From Klebsormidium nitens (Eukaryota > Plantae > Klebsormidiophyceae): DNA of 60,387 bases. Within the stretch, counting starts at the first letter, position 1, and the number at the start of each line of letters is the position of its first letter. Where the stretch lies: NCBI GenBank assembly GCA_000708835.1, contig DF237467.1, positions 5,770 to 66,156 on the forward strand, read 5' to 3'. The position numbers were made by a program, and so were the translations under genes. A model generated the notes under the pieces. That model had not been told where the DNA came from and did not search any database. It was given only the letters and a program-made list of their open reading frames with translations. Shown here piece by piece: positions 22,508 to 35,287 of this stretch.

Positions 22508-25500
22508 CTACTTCAGGCTTGCCGCCAACCCGTTCCCCGGGGCTGGCTTGACCATGTGCTGCTCGCACTTGGGCCCTTCCAGGCGGCAGTACTTGAGGCA
22601 ATTCTGGCACTTTTGCAGCAGGTATCCACAGCTGCCCGCGGCCGCGACCGCGCCCGCGAGGGCCTCGTCCAGGAAGATGTCCTCGAAGGCGGCCGCGAGC
22701 GGGGAGCCACCCTCTGCAGAAACAGGGCCCGGCGACGTCTGCAGGGGCCCGGCAAGAAACTGTCAGGCGGCCTTATTTATCAACTGGGTTGGAATTTGCC
22801 AGCAATCGTCTGACAGCACGATGAGCAAGAGACAATATCTGGAGTCTTCCAAATCTGGTAAGGCATAGAGTTTGATAACGCTTGAGCTTTATCAAATACC
22901 AATTGCCTGGTTGACACGGTTCAAAGTCTGGAAATTACTGAGACGAAAATCGAGGCGTTTATAGAATGAAGTGGCAGATTGAAGCCCGAGATACACAAGC
23001 CAGAGCACGTCCAAAGGCTCAACTTTTGTGACTGATCATCGAACTTCTGAAAGTTCTGTTTGAAAAGCTTAAAAGCCAGCCTACACCTAGTCGATCGCGT
23101 TTCGAGATGCTCACCAGCTTGCATCCCTTGTCTCCGTTCGGCGCGCTCGTCTGATACGCTGCGGTGGTCACCAATTGCGGAGCTGCAAAGCGGAACCGAC
23201 TTCAGGACGGACAGAAACGCTTGACGCCAAAGACCTTCTTTTCAGCAGAAATACGAGGACCAGAACCTGCGGAGACGACCGAACACCCCTTGACTTTACA
23301 CTGGTCGTTTTTCGTGAACTTTCGAGAGGCACTTTCCTTCAGAACCGTGGGTGTCGTCGCCCGCGTGCAGATCGCATGGAAAGGTTGTCAGAAAGGGGCA
23401 CCCTTCAAGCGCAGAAGTTAGAAACCGGTGTGAACGTTCATTCATGCTTCCAGTCGGCTTTCGGGAATGCAATACCGTCATAGGTGTCAAAGGATGAAAC
23501 ATGTCGTACCAGGATTCGGAAAGGTCAGTCCACCAGAAGGCGCCTGGTTCCCGTGGAAGGTGTTTGCCGCGGTTCCGTTCCGCCCGGTTCCGTTCTGGTA
23601 GAAGGGGACCCACTCGATGGTGACCGGGGTGAAGTTCTGGGCGAGGACTGACGTGGGCGTATCGGGGAGCCCATACAGCTTTCCCTTGTTGGCACTGGAA
23701 TAAGGATGAGAAGTAAGACGCACGACAGCTTTTCTCGCATCAAGAACACCCGCTTGAAAGTTTCAACGGGTTGGAAGAGGTAACCTCAATTTGTTGCATT
23801 GGACATACTTGAGCGTTGGCTTTTCACCTTAACAACGGAATTTCGTCTGCCTGCTGATGCTTGGCCCCCCGCACAGCCTATTGCCTCTGGCACGGCGCAC
23901 AACAGACAAATTCATCTCTCATGTTGGAGTCGAAGCAAAGTTCTTTTGAGTCAGCCTTTTCACTGACCACAAGACACAAATCTCAGACCTTCGTGCGGAA
24001 CTCCTTGCCAGAATAAAAGAACGGGGAATCATACCCCTGGTTGATCCCAACAGCTCACCTCGCAAAAGGATTCGCTCCGAAGTTGTTCTCCGGTCCGGTG
24101 GCAAAAGCACGCTTCGCAGCCGCGTCTTCTTGTCCCGGGAACCGCGTGGCAACCGGTGCAAGTGGCTGGCCAAAAGGTGAAGGAGCCGAGGCGTGGCGCG
24201 GGGTGCCCGGTGACTGGTCAAAAGCGACCGGGGACGGACTGTGGTGGGAAACGGCCGGGGTGTGTTGAAACTGGGCAGCGGCAAAAGCGGTGGGGCTTCC
24301 ACTGTTCTGCCTCGAAAGGCGGCGAAAAGCTGTCGGGCTCGCGCTGTTCTGCCTCTGGATGCTCGCGCTGTTCTGCCTCTGGATGCTTGCGCTGTTCTGC
24401 CTGGCGATGCCCGGGGACTGCGGCTGAGGGCTCGGGGCGACGAGTGTGGGGCTGGGGTGCGGACCGGTCTGGTGGGCGGTAGGGTAAACCGGTGCTGGGC
24501 TCTCGATCTGGGCGCTCGGGAATTGAGACGGTGGAGACTGCAGAGCCTGGTTTGGAGTACTCGAGCGTTCAAACGAGTCAGCCGGTGGAACCCCAGCGAC
24601 CTGGAGGTTCAGGAAGGGGTTGGTAAACACATTCTGGCGGCGCGGGGTGTCCGAGGATTCGACGTTGGCGACCGGAGAGGATGACCGGTAGGCAGACGAA
24701 GGCATCGGGGCAGGAGGCTTTGTACCGTTTGGAGGAAGTGTCTGGATCGAGTCGCTCCGGGGGTTATACTGGGCTGTCTGAGAGTTGATATCTGTCGCTG
24801 GACACGGAGTGAAAATGGGCGGATGGGGTGGGGGGAGATGCTGCGAGTGGTCGGGGAATGAGACCGGGAAGGGCACCGCAGTCGGGGTGTGAACGGGTGA
24901 AGAAACTGCAGAGACAAACAACGAGAGACTGAGAGAAAGGACAACATTGAGGACCAGAACACAGCGACTATCTTCACGCTACAGTTATCGATGCTCAGAT
25001 CGACCTTTTTCCAGTGGTACAATAAAATCTTGTGTTGGGTTCCTAACTGAAGCGTTGCCAAGATCGCTACGCTTCCTATCTGGGGAAGCGCCCTTTCTAC
25101 CCGGGACTTCTTGACACTTCAGGAATTGAGACAGCCCTTCACGAACACATTCTTCAAATTTAGCGCCTTTGACCAATGTCATGTGCCTAATATCAAGATT
25201 AAGTCGATGGAGGTGAGGTGAGGTGGAGGTCCAAAGTCTTTTCTGTCCTGCCCACCTTGCATCGTGGTTCCCAGTTCTTCGTTCAAGTGCTTGATCCAGT
25301 CCTCGTCTCCTCCCATGCTCCCCGCTCGAGCAGGCTGTCAGACGACCCAAAAAAAGATGTGTTTGCAAAAAGCCAACCAGAGAGTATCCTTAACGGTGGC
25401 AGCTTTCATGCCATTAGGATTATGTGGCTGTCCGGACTGAACATCATGTGCTTGCGATTCTAGGCTCAAAATTCGGATGGCACTGTCATCATAGAAAGGT

Positions 25501-28500
25501 CGATTAAGAATCGTGAACACACTTCTTGGAGCAAATTAGCTTTCGTTGCTCAAGGAAGAATAGGTGGAATTGGTACTTTTATCGGGGTTTGGGGAATCAG
25601 AGCAGATACCCTGCAGGAGTAAATTACCTGGCTGGCATTTCGGCGGTGCTTCGCGGCCTTCTGAGCGGACGGAGGAAGCGGCGGAAGGAAAGCGGAACGG
25701 TCGGCCTTGACACCGCTGGGCGCCGGGGATCCTTTTCCGTTTGACTGAATGAAAATCAAGGCTTCCTAAGTCCAGTCGTGCGCCCTTCGTTGGAAGCGCG
25801 AACAAAGTATTCAAGCGCTAGCGCATTGCTACGCGCGGAAACAGCCAAGCCACCCCCTTCCGAGGAGTGCTGATTGGGCGAAAGACCTTCAGACCTTCAA
25901 ACCTTATAATTGCATCTGAAGCCCACGAGCTTGACATCAAAACTCTCTGATATTCTCAGGAGAATCTGGCAATCCACGAAGTTGTTCCGAACAACAGCAA
26001 GGCTTCCCTCTTGGATGTACAACTTGCGATAAAAAATTCACCTCAAGTGGCAGTCTCCTCAGTGCAACCGGTTTTGAGGTGCAGACTGAAAACAAAAAGT
26101 CTACTTGTAATAAGCCCACCTCGAAGTCCTTGGGCCGCACTTCGATGCCCTCCGTTCGGACGCCTTGCAGGTAGTTGGACGGCTTCGGACCCTCCGGCCC
26201 CTCGTCGGCCCCCGGACAGTACAGCAGTGTCATGGCCGGCTCGCTCTTGGTACGCCGGTGCGGCCCCATCAGCGCGCTCTTGTCCTGGTCGGAGGTTTGG
26301 GGTTTGAGCGGGGCGGGTGCGCCGGCCGCGGCCGCGTCCTCGTCGCCGTCCTCGGACTTGGGCAGCTTTTGGGGGGCGTCGTGGCGGGACAGGGGGCCGG
26401 GGAGCGAACCCTGTTTGAGATGGAATAGGATGCTGTCAGCGGTACGTTCCACGATATTCAATGAAGGTTGATTAAAGGGCGACATCAGGCATATCTTGCT
26501 GTTGCAGTATCCGAAAAGGCAGCCGCAGCTTTTTCCTCAGGTTTACTCTTCTCCTTCTATGTTGTCCTCTGGTGGATAGTCTCTTAAAGATTTGAGAGGG
26601 TTGTATGAGCCAACGGAGGAAGTTTGATCCGCACGACAAGAGAAGTTTCCCGAAGAGTGACAACACACACGTGATTGTAGTGTACAAAATGCGGCGAGGC
26701 AACCCATCAAACAACAGAAGCCTCGAAGCCCACGAAAGCGCCCTCGGAGCCCCTCACCGCATGCTGGAGCGGCCCCCGGCGTGGGCTGCTGGCTTGGAAC
26801 AAGCGCGCCTCGGCGTCGCGGTACTTGGCACGCTCCTCCGCGACGCGCGCGTCGTCGACGATCAAAGACGAGAGCGCAGAGGCCTGCGGCGTTCACAAAG
26901 ATACGTTGTCAGCCCACTGTAGCGATATCTGGTTCCCCAATCTTTCAACTGGGGACAGACTGTCATGTCTGATGGATGTTTCCGGTGACACAGCCTTTGA
27001 TCAGGATTGGGGTTGGAAGCGGAAACCTGAGAGCATCGAGCCAAAGTGTCTTGGCTATCTCCTTCGAATAGACACCGCAAAACTTCGTTGCAGGAACCTT
27101 CAAGACTGTGGAGCCACCTTTCACTCGAGTCGTATACGTAACATACAGGGATGTTTCAAGGATGCAGACTTTTCTTCTGTCTACTTGGGCGATCGAAGGA
27201 CGGCGAAGTAGGAGGAACCAAAAAGGTATTGCAAAGTTCTCTTCTCCTGACCTCGCTAAGAGCGCTGATTGAGCCAGGAGCTTTGTTTCGTTATGTCCGC
27301 TTTCTGACTACGAAATCAGCACTTCAAAAATGAACGCGGATTGTCCTCCTACAACCCTCAATCACCCATCAGGACCAGTCTGGCCCTGCTTCTGTACCCT
27401 TACCTTGAGCCGGACATTCTGTCCCAGGTCCTTTCCGGACCCTGGCTCCTCGAACTTGAAGGAGCTTTTCAACTCGTTCACCTGCACATCGTCTGGGGAT
27501 TCGGAAGCTAGCAACTTGATGTTTATTTGCATCACGAGAATTCTACCGTTCTCGAAATCAATCATGAAAGTTTGTGACAGCCAGACTCAAGGAAAGAACG
27601 TGGAAGAATCTCATCCAGACTCCTTCTTAGGGTTTGACAGAGAGTTGTGGACATGAAAGAGAGCCCTCGGGAGGATATTCGAGGCCTTCAGTTTCCATAA
27701 TCTGAGGACGTCATTTCAAAAAGGTCGAAATTGAGAGCCACTCAGAAAAAGTTAGCCCACCAGGTCGACATGCTCTTTGAGGTCCTGGTGCACCTGCTCC
27801 ACTCCCCGCGTGCACAGAAACTCCAACAGGATCAACGCCTTATAAATCTTGCGCCTGCACAAGAGGGAAAATACCAAATAGTGAAAGAATGGTTCGGCGC
27901 CGATAGTTTGTCTCCCTCGAGCGAGCATGGATTGCTAGTCCCTCAAAAGGATACTGGAAGCTCAGCCAGGTTGAGGATCCAGAGCAACCAGCTCCACTTC
28001 TATTGGTCGTGTCAGACATAGACTCCCTTCTTCAAGTTTTGACCACCTGATCACCGAATATCTTGAACCGATGAAGCCTGTGGATTTTCAGAATCACCGA
28101 AGCCCCTGCCTCAAGAAGTTTTGGTCTTTTGGATGTCCCGCGGCCTCTGAAATCCTCGACTGCACTGCGAGCTCCTACCGAATCTTCTCACCAGTTTCTT
28201 GGTTCGTCCTCGAGTCTCTCCAGCAGCGTATTCATGATGCGTGGGTAGTCCATACAGCTGCAAGTGGCATTGGCGATCTCCTGCAAGAGCACACATTGAC
28301 TCTGTTTCAGCGCATTGTCGAGCTTTTGACTCATGATGAGCGAAAAAAGCGTCATCCGAGAGCAAGGGTCGTAGTTCTTGGAGACTAATCTGTGACGAAC
28401 AGTCAGAGAAAGCAAGGTGCTTTTCTTCGATCTTTATCAGATATTCTCTCTCTTCTGGTCATCAGTACCCCTAAAGAGTAGAGTTCGGCTAGTCAAGGGA

Positions 28501-29333
28501 TGAATGTAGCAGAAGCCCTTTTGTTAAGAGGCTTTGATAAAAGACATCTGGAAACCAGAACTTCTCGATTTTGACCCTCTGTGCTCTGATCTTGCTCTGT
28601 CATTCTTGCTCTTAGCAGGATATTAAAGAGCTCTTCGTTTACGAAAGACTCTTTCCAGTCTGCACATCCATCCAAACGCCTCAATCACCTCTTCTACTGG
28701 TCTTTTGCTGGTCTGGTCAGGCAGTCAATTGCAGCCTTTGGAACAGGAACTTTCTCACTTTTGCTAAGTTTGTTTCATTGCAATTCCTAAATCGATAAAC
28801 CTTGCAATCTGATCAAGCCTTACCTGTTTCCAATCCAAGAGCTTCATGCAAGCAACGATTCATACTCTGCCATGCACCTTTAAGAAATCGTGCTTCTATG
28901 CGCACTTCCTTCTGAGATTACAATCATAAGACACCTACAATTATCAAGCTTAGCACTGTCATTCTTTCTACAACGTCAAGCAGTATCATACCCTGCAACC
29001 CGCATACATGTCGCCCTCCCTGCATTGCCACAGCATGCATTTGAAGACTGTCTGGTTTCGTCGCCCCCTGTTATGCCTGAATTCAATTCCCAGATGACCT
29101 TTTGTTAAGGCACACATATCCGCATGAATGTGGCCACAGATTTTGACCTACCAGGGAAGAAATCGACAAACTTTTCTGTCACACAACCCTTGTTGATCGA
29201 AGCACAAAGAACTCACCTTCATCTGCGATCCCAGGGGTCCCCATGGCTCGCTGTTCGTGGCGTTCTTCACAGCCTTCACGATGGCAGGCTCTGCAGTCAC
29301 TTTGCTCTTCGCCGTCTTCAGGAAGGACTTCAT
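22508..29333 (-). CDS. ENTH-domain (epsin-like) protein with NPF motifs and Cys-rich C-terminus, about 725 aa
   Basis: Exons (minus) 29333-29217, 28280-28192, 27854-27761, 27481-27404, 26883-26758, 26410-26120, 25744-25628, 24840-24059, 23694-23510, 23182-23115, 22738-22508 (2178 nt). ENTH hallmarks: VKNATNSEPWGP, EIANAT..RLEDEPRNWRKIYKALILLEFL, GKDLGQNVRLK. NPF at 24613-24621 and 24064-24072. The C-terminal exon chain is less certain than the ENTH part. Confidence 0.85.
24337..24408 (-). repeat. Three 24-nt coding tandem repeats encoding RQNSAS[IQ/PT]
   Basis: gctcgcgctgttctgcctctggat twice (24337-24384), then gcttgcgctgttctgcctggcgat; a partial fourth copy (RQNSGS) at 24301-24313. Confidence 0.9.
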
Positions 29334-31287
29334 TCTGGATGGAGGAGCGCAGCGCCTGAAATGCAGGCTCTCATGCACGAACACGGATGGAGCCCTGGAG
29401 CAACCGGCTGCACTTTGGAGCGAAGCAGAGGGTTTCTAAAGAGATGTCTCGAAGAACCTCCAAGACTTTTTGAGGCGCGCAAAGTGACGGAGCGCGGAGC
29501 CTGATCTGAAGGTTCTCACGAAGAGAAGAGAGATGGGAGTGCTAATGGAATCGGCTGCGCATCGAGTGATATGAAAGGTCTTTGGATTTGCAAGAAGAAT
29601 TGATTCCAAGCGCAAATTTCCTCGGGGCAAGGTCTCTCAGCTCCTTCTGCAGTCAGGCCCGACAGCGATTTAAGAAGGCATACTGTATCTCGATCTTGAT
29701 CTGATGAGGTGAAGTCTGGATTTTCCTTCGATTTTGTGCCATGTTGAGGCCGATCGTCGCGTCAGGATCGAGCTCTAAGACACTCTAAGATTACCATTCT
29801 TGTTGACGCACACCAGCTCGTCAACCCTTTTTTGTCGTTTTCTGTCGGCAGCTGGTGAGAATGCTAATTTGCAGAGGCACGTGGCAGAGTCCGACTGGTC
29901 GACCCCCCGCCCATATCGAGCCTGAAACGTTCTAGCGGATCTCAGAAACACTGGAATCTACTGTAGTACGATGGTCATACCGGCCAGTAACCAGAGCCTG
30001 GAGATTCAAGGGCAAGCTCATGGAGACCGTAAACTATGCATGATATACGTAGTTGTGAGTACATAAGGTGCCGTGAGGAGCTGTGGTTATTCCTCTTTGA
30101 GCTGATCGAACTCCTGTGCTTGTCTGAAGCTGACTCAATGCATCCACAAAACCGCATGCATGAGGTGACCGCAATCAGCCCTTTCGCGAGAGATCGCCTC
30201 ACTTTGACTTTTTCCCCCCCATGTTTTCTGAATCTTATATATATTGCAGCCGAGTTTGGGTTCACGGTTCTGTCAAGGCACGAACAATGACGGCCTGCAG
30301 ATGGCTTCCACGGCAGCTCAAGGTTTGAATTAAACCCTCCCTCATACAAGTTCAGGCTGCGGCGAGGCAGCCGCCTAGCTAAATGATGGATTGATGCAAC
30401 CATGGCGCGGCCAGGTGGCCGACCTAGTATACTGGAGATTGCTGACAAAGACCAACTTACGAGGCAAATCTCCCGATCAATGTACTACCGAGGAATGACG
30501 TGCTTTGAATGTGATAGGCGAAAAGCCAGACCGGCCAACGCGCTGAATTAGGACTGGCACATTTATAACCAGTCAACCAATAACATGCGCGGCGGGAACG
30601 TGCACCGCGCACTTAATGCATATTCAGACACAACTTTCTTCCGAAGATCAGCCGAACACAAATTCGCTGGGCGCATGCCGCACTACAGAGCTCAGTGCCG
30701 CCAACCGTACTTCCATAATGTTTCCAATAGGTGTGACACATGCAAGACTTGACGAGCGGTGATCGCTTCTAGCGCCACCGTGCAAACCTCAGCTGGGTGG
30801 ATCTTCAAGATAAAGCGGTACTCTCGAACTCGCTCAACAGGCAGGTGCACAGCCGTAGTGCCAGATTGGTGGATTAAAGCTTGATAGAGAATTAGCTAGT
30901 AAGTTCCAGTGGTTTCGGCAAACTGCGCACTTGAACGGGTTAGCAAGCGGCAGCTTGAGAATTTGACAAGAGCCGATTACGATTGATGTCAAGGCTGAGA
31001 GCCATTTGTGTCCAGGCCTTTGGACTGATGTCCAGCCCCGTCTGGCATACTTCAGTCAAATCTGAAGACCAAGTGTATACTGTCTTCTTTACCTGCTGAA
31101 CTTTACCTGTGCTTTATTCTTGCAAAGGTCCCCCACAAGTTTCACCGCAAACTCAGCTCATCTTCAGGCCCGTTCATCTTAGAAATCGAGCCTGCCTGAA
31201 AGATCGAACCCTGTCTAATTGTTTACCCCCTCGATATATCCATTCTCAATTCAAAGCGGTCAAGCACTGTGCTTCCTTGACAGTGTA

Positions 31288-34196
31288 TCAGCCAAGCTGC
31301 TTGATCGCCTGTTCCATCCGAGTCACGGACTTCTCGATCGTGGCCGTTGCATGGCCCAACTCAACGCACTTCTTATAGTCCGCGAGTGCCAATTTGTACT
31401 TCTCCGACCCCTCGTATAGGAAGGCCCGCTTCAAGATGACCTGCATGGAAAGCCAACAACAGGCCACATAAGACTGCCGCTGGGAAAAAAACAAGCTTTT
31501 GGGGGGCTCAAGTCGCTCCAACAGCAAAGACCATATTTTCATGAGCAACCTCCTGGAGGGTTCTGTACATTAAGAAGGCTGTCCTGCCTTGTAGTGCCAT
31601 GCCGAGCACCAATACATGGCCTCGAGAATCAGTTGGCGACCATGTCCTTTTTGCCTGCCTGCCCAAAATCTCGGAAGGCACAAGAGGGAACAATCGACAA
31701 CCTATCGTAATACACAATCACAGAAGAAGATTCAAGTGGCCACAACCCCAGACTACGCTCAAGCAGCTGATTGCAAAACGGGATCCCTTGGCGTGACAAA
31801 CTCTGTGAATACAAGCGCGCAGCAAAGCCTATCGAAGTTCAATGACAAAGCACCACGTACCTTGTCATTATCCGGTTGAAGCTGGATCGCTTGTGTCATG
31901 TCAGCAATGGCCTTCTTGTGCTCTCCGTTCTCCTTGTTGCTTTCTGCGCGCTTCAGCAGAATCTGCACCCAGAACCCAGGAAGTTGTAAGAATAGAAGTT
32001 GTAAGATAATAGTTCTGGAGAAAGACGCCATTGTACAGAAGCTGGTTGGAGTCCAAGAGCTCAGTCAACCCATGCAAGGACAGCTACTCTACCCGACTCA
32101 AGCTCCGGGCATGCCGCTTATGACCCAGTCAGTTCCTGGCTTCATGTAGACAGCTGCTCAGTGTCTGCGGCTTCCTTGTCGGATCCGGGTACTCATATTT
32201 ACAAATTCAACAGCGGCCCCTGAGGGAGTACTGAGACCCCCAATCCTTGTGCATCGGAGGCAAGAACATTCACGCGTCCTCTGTGCTTCGATTCCAAGGC
32301 ACCTGATCTCTAAAATTCTGTCCTGAATTTAACCACTATAGCAAAAGAGGTGAGCCACGTGGCAGGAGGGAAAGGAGAGGTGCAAGTATTTATAAATTAC
32401 CATGACCATGGTGTCTGTGTCAGACGGGTTGGTCAGCTGCAGCGCCCACGTGTACCACTTGATGGCATCAGCATAGCTCCCCTCGGACAGCGCTTGATTG
32501 CCCTTTGTAGTGGCACTCGCCCCATCAACGTTGGCAGGAGGTGGGGGCAGGTTGTCAACGTCTGCCGCCGCCTCACCTGCCAGAACAAATGAAAATTGAG
32601 CTGCTGTCGAGGAGCTTCAGCTTTGGAAATCTGCCTTGATGCATACACAAGATCAAATTGCAATATCTATAATGAGCTCGGAATATCAAAGGCCTCTTCT
32701 GAGAGCTAGTAGCTCATCAAGTAGATCTGCATATCATGGCTGGTTGCTCGTTTCAATAAGGTTCGGCAGATGACCCAGGAAAGGCAGCAAGGCTGCTGAG
32801 CACACACTTACTCATTTAAAGCCTGCAGAAATATGGATTCCAAGCACTTCAGCTGCCTTTCAGGAGGCCGGTTCATTCTTACCTGGGGTGGAGTAGCTTG
32901 ATGTGCTGCTGACCCCGGCGCTCAATCGGCTCTGCACAGAGGAGCCTCCAGCAAATGCAGCCAGCAGATCGTCCGTGCTTGGCGCCGCAGCAGCTGGAGC
33001 TGGTGCAGCTGGTGCAGGCTTGGCAGCGGGCATCCCAAGACCTTTGAGGAAGTCATCAGCACCTGGCAAAAGACAAAAAATCACATGATCTTCAAAGCCT
33101 GACCAGACTGCGCAACAAGGAAGTCAACTTGAGGGATATGAGGTGGCTCTTGCACATTTGAACCAATGAGGCACGGGCAGAGAGCTGGACTTGCTCTCAG
33201 TCCGGATTGCGCTGTCCGCAACGAGTCTATAAAGGTTTCCTCTGGCAGAAAGATGCAAGACATCACTTTTTAACTTCTGATAGCAACATGAAGGAAGGAC
33301 TGCTTCGCAAACAGCCGCGGTTCCCAAAGCCGTGCTGAAGCAGCCAAGGTTGGAGTCCGAACTAGAGTGCATCAGTTTGAACAGCTGAAACCTTTGCCTC
33401 CGATCATAGACAAACCCTAAATTACTGTGGGGGTGCTAAAGAGTGGCTGCTTGTGTCAGCACCACATCATGTTCTGGTCAATCTGTGAGAAACAGCAGTG
33501 CACATTCAGCAATTATATTACGGTTCTAATATCTATCTTCTTATGACCACCTTTACTGAGCCACGCTTGACCGTATGACACAGATCCAATTTCACAACGT
33601 TAATACGATATCTTTGGGTTGGTCAGCCTCAACTCAAATTTTGATTTTAGGTTCTTGTCCGGGTTGAGATTAGCCAAACACATTGCAGGCAAATACTCGG
33701 GCAGCAAAATCCAAGTTAGATGAATGCACCATGCTTGATGAAGTCCTCCACGGATTTGTGCTAGATTTGCACCACACTGTTCTGCTTGGCTGCATAATTC
33801 TCATGTGGACCCATCAGATCTGCCTTCTTGCGTATCGAATTCTCCATGACGACAGACGGCAACGGATAATGCAAAGAATGGGTCCTAAAGCACAAGGAGT
33901 ATGTCTTCAGCAACGGACCAGATTTAGGGAGATTGGACAAACCAATCGATGCAATCAGGTCCGTTCTTCCACAATTGCTGGAAAGGATTAGAGTTAATCA
34001 ACTGCTAACCTGCGGCGGGACTGCTCCATGAGGCTTGTGATTGCGTTGCTGGGGTTGGGCTATTCTTTGTAGGCGTTTTTGCTGCGCTCATTGGGCCAGA
34101 GGGTTTGCTTGCACCGAAGGCACCCCCTAACAGATCACCGAAAACATCTCCTTTAGGAGCAGCAGGCTTGCTCGGGTTCAAGAATCCAGCCTTCAT
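31288..34196 (-). CDS. TPR-repeat protein (low-complexity N-half plus three C-terminal TPRs), about 265 aa
   Basis: Exons (minus) 34196-34010, 33062-32883, 32576-32401, 31962-31861, 31440-31288 (798 nt). LPPPP..KGNQALSEGSYADAIKWYTWA..ILLKRAESNKENGEHKKAIADMTQAIQLQPDNDKVILKRAFLYEGSEKYKLALADY. From memory this resembles the Arabidopsis At3g16760/At1g56090 family. Start codon assignment is tentative. Confidence 0.85.
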
Positions 34197-35287
34197 CTTC
34201 AGTCGACAAGACAACCAAACCTCACTTTGTAAGGGTTGCTGAACAAAAGAAGAACGAAGCGCAGCCCAATGGTGCCGCGGGTATTAGAGCAAGGCGGATT
34301 GGAAATGGAACCAAATCAGGATGATCTGAGGAACTTCTTGAGGAAGATCGAGGATGTGAGGACTCAGCAGGAAGACCGTTGCCCCCCTGACCAGTCAATC
34401 TTCGAGTTGACTTGCAACTTCATGACTGCGTACGACTGTAGTTTACAACATTTCAGCTGGCGGACCGCGGGTATCGCATAACTTCGCGGCGAATTATGGA
34501 CTTCGTCGCACGATCGACCCGGTTACCCGGTCGACCATCGAACATCCCTACCGCGAGAGGATTTTCGGGCTGTTTTCGCTTTTTCGATACGAAGTTCCTT
34601 GTCGGTCCGTGACGTTTTTATTGCTTGAGTTGTGTGAATCCCCGACGTGGTCTGGACGATCTTTTCGCGAATACATGGAATATCTTTATTTTGGTCGGCC
34701 AGCCGCCATATACCTACCTCAAAAAAATGTAGCCCGGTTTGAACAAGCTTCTAGAATCTAGGCTCATGAGGGGAAAAACACGGGCTGTTGAAATTTCAGT
34801 TGGGACTAATATTGCAGATTTATTACGAGCCCCGAATGGCTCTGTGCACTGCACCGTACCTGTTACCAACTTCGATCGCACTTAACTCCAGGAAAGGTGC
34901 TCTGCCCAGTGCCCAGCCTCTGCCAGCAGGAAATTGCACAATCCACACGCCGCAGACGTGAGCTTCAAAGGTTTTGCTGGCGTGCAAGAGAGTTGGAGGG
35001 ACCCCGTGGAAAGAATTCCAAAGAATCAGCACCTCTATCAATCGAGGCGCATTGCATCAATTGCATGCACGTATCAACATCTTGCTGGCGGCCCGCCAAA
35101 AAACACCAATGCGAGTGGCTGTTTTTTCGGTTCAGAGGCGTCAGAATGCTGCTAGGTGTTGGCCTGAAGCAGCCTAGGACTGGTGCCTACTACGAGAATT
35201 GAGTATGAGGTAGATGCTTTTTACAACGCCTTGACAGCAGAGGGCGTTGACTGCCGCGTAGCAATAGGGTTTTTGTCTCGGGTAATC
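34197..35287. promoter_or_regulatory. Divergent (head-to-head) intergenic region between the TPR gene and XPO1
   Basis: The TPR ATG (34196, minus) and XPO1 ATG (35288, plus) point away from each other about 1.1 kb apart. No transcription start sites were determined. Confidence 0.55.

Noticed and set aside
29975-30448. 157-aa minus-strand ORF upstream of the ENTH gene
   Set aside because: No homology cues and intron-like composition. It probably overlaps the 5' UTR or promoter.
853-34196. Idea that GT2, secreted cupredoxins, epsin and TPR form a functional wall-synthesis or trafficking gene cluster
   Set aside because: Orientations are mixed, an unrelated DCC gene is interspersed, and eukaryotic gene adjacency alone is not evidence. 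Co-expression or conserved synteny would be needed.
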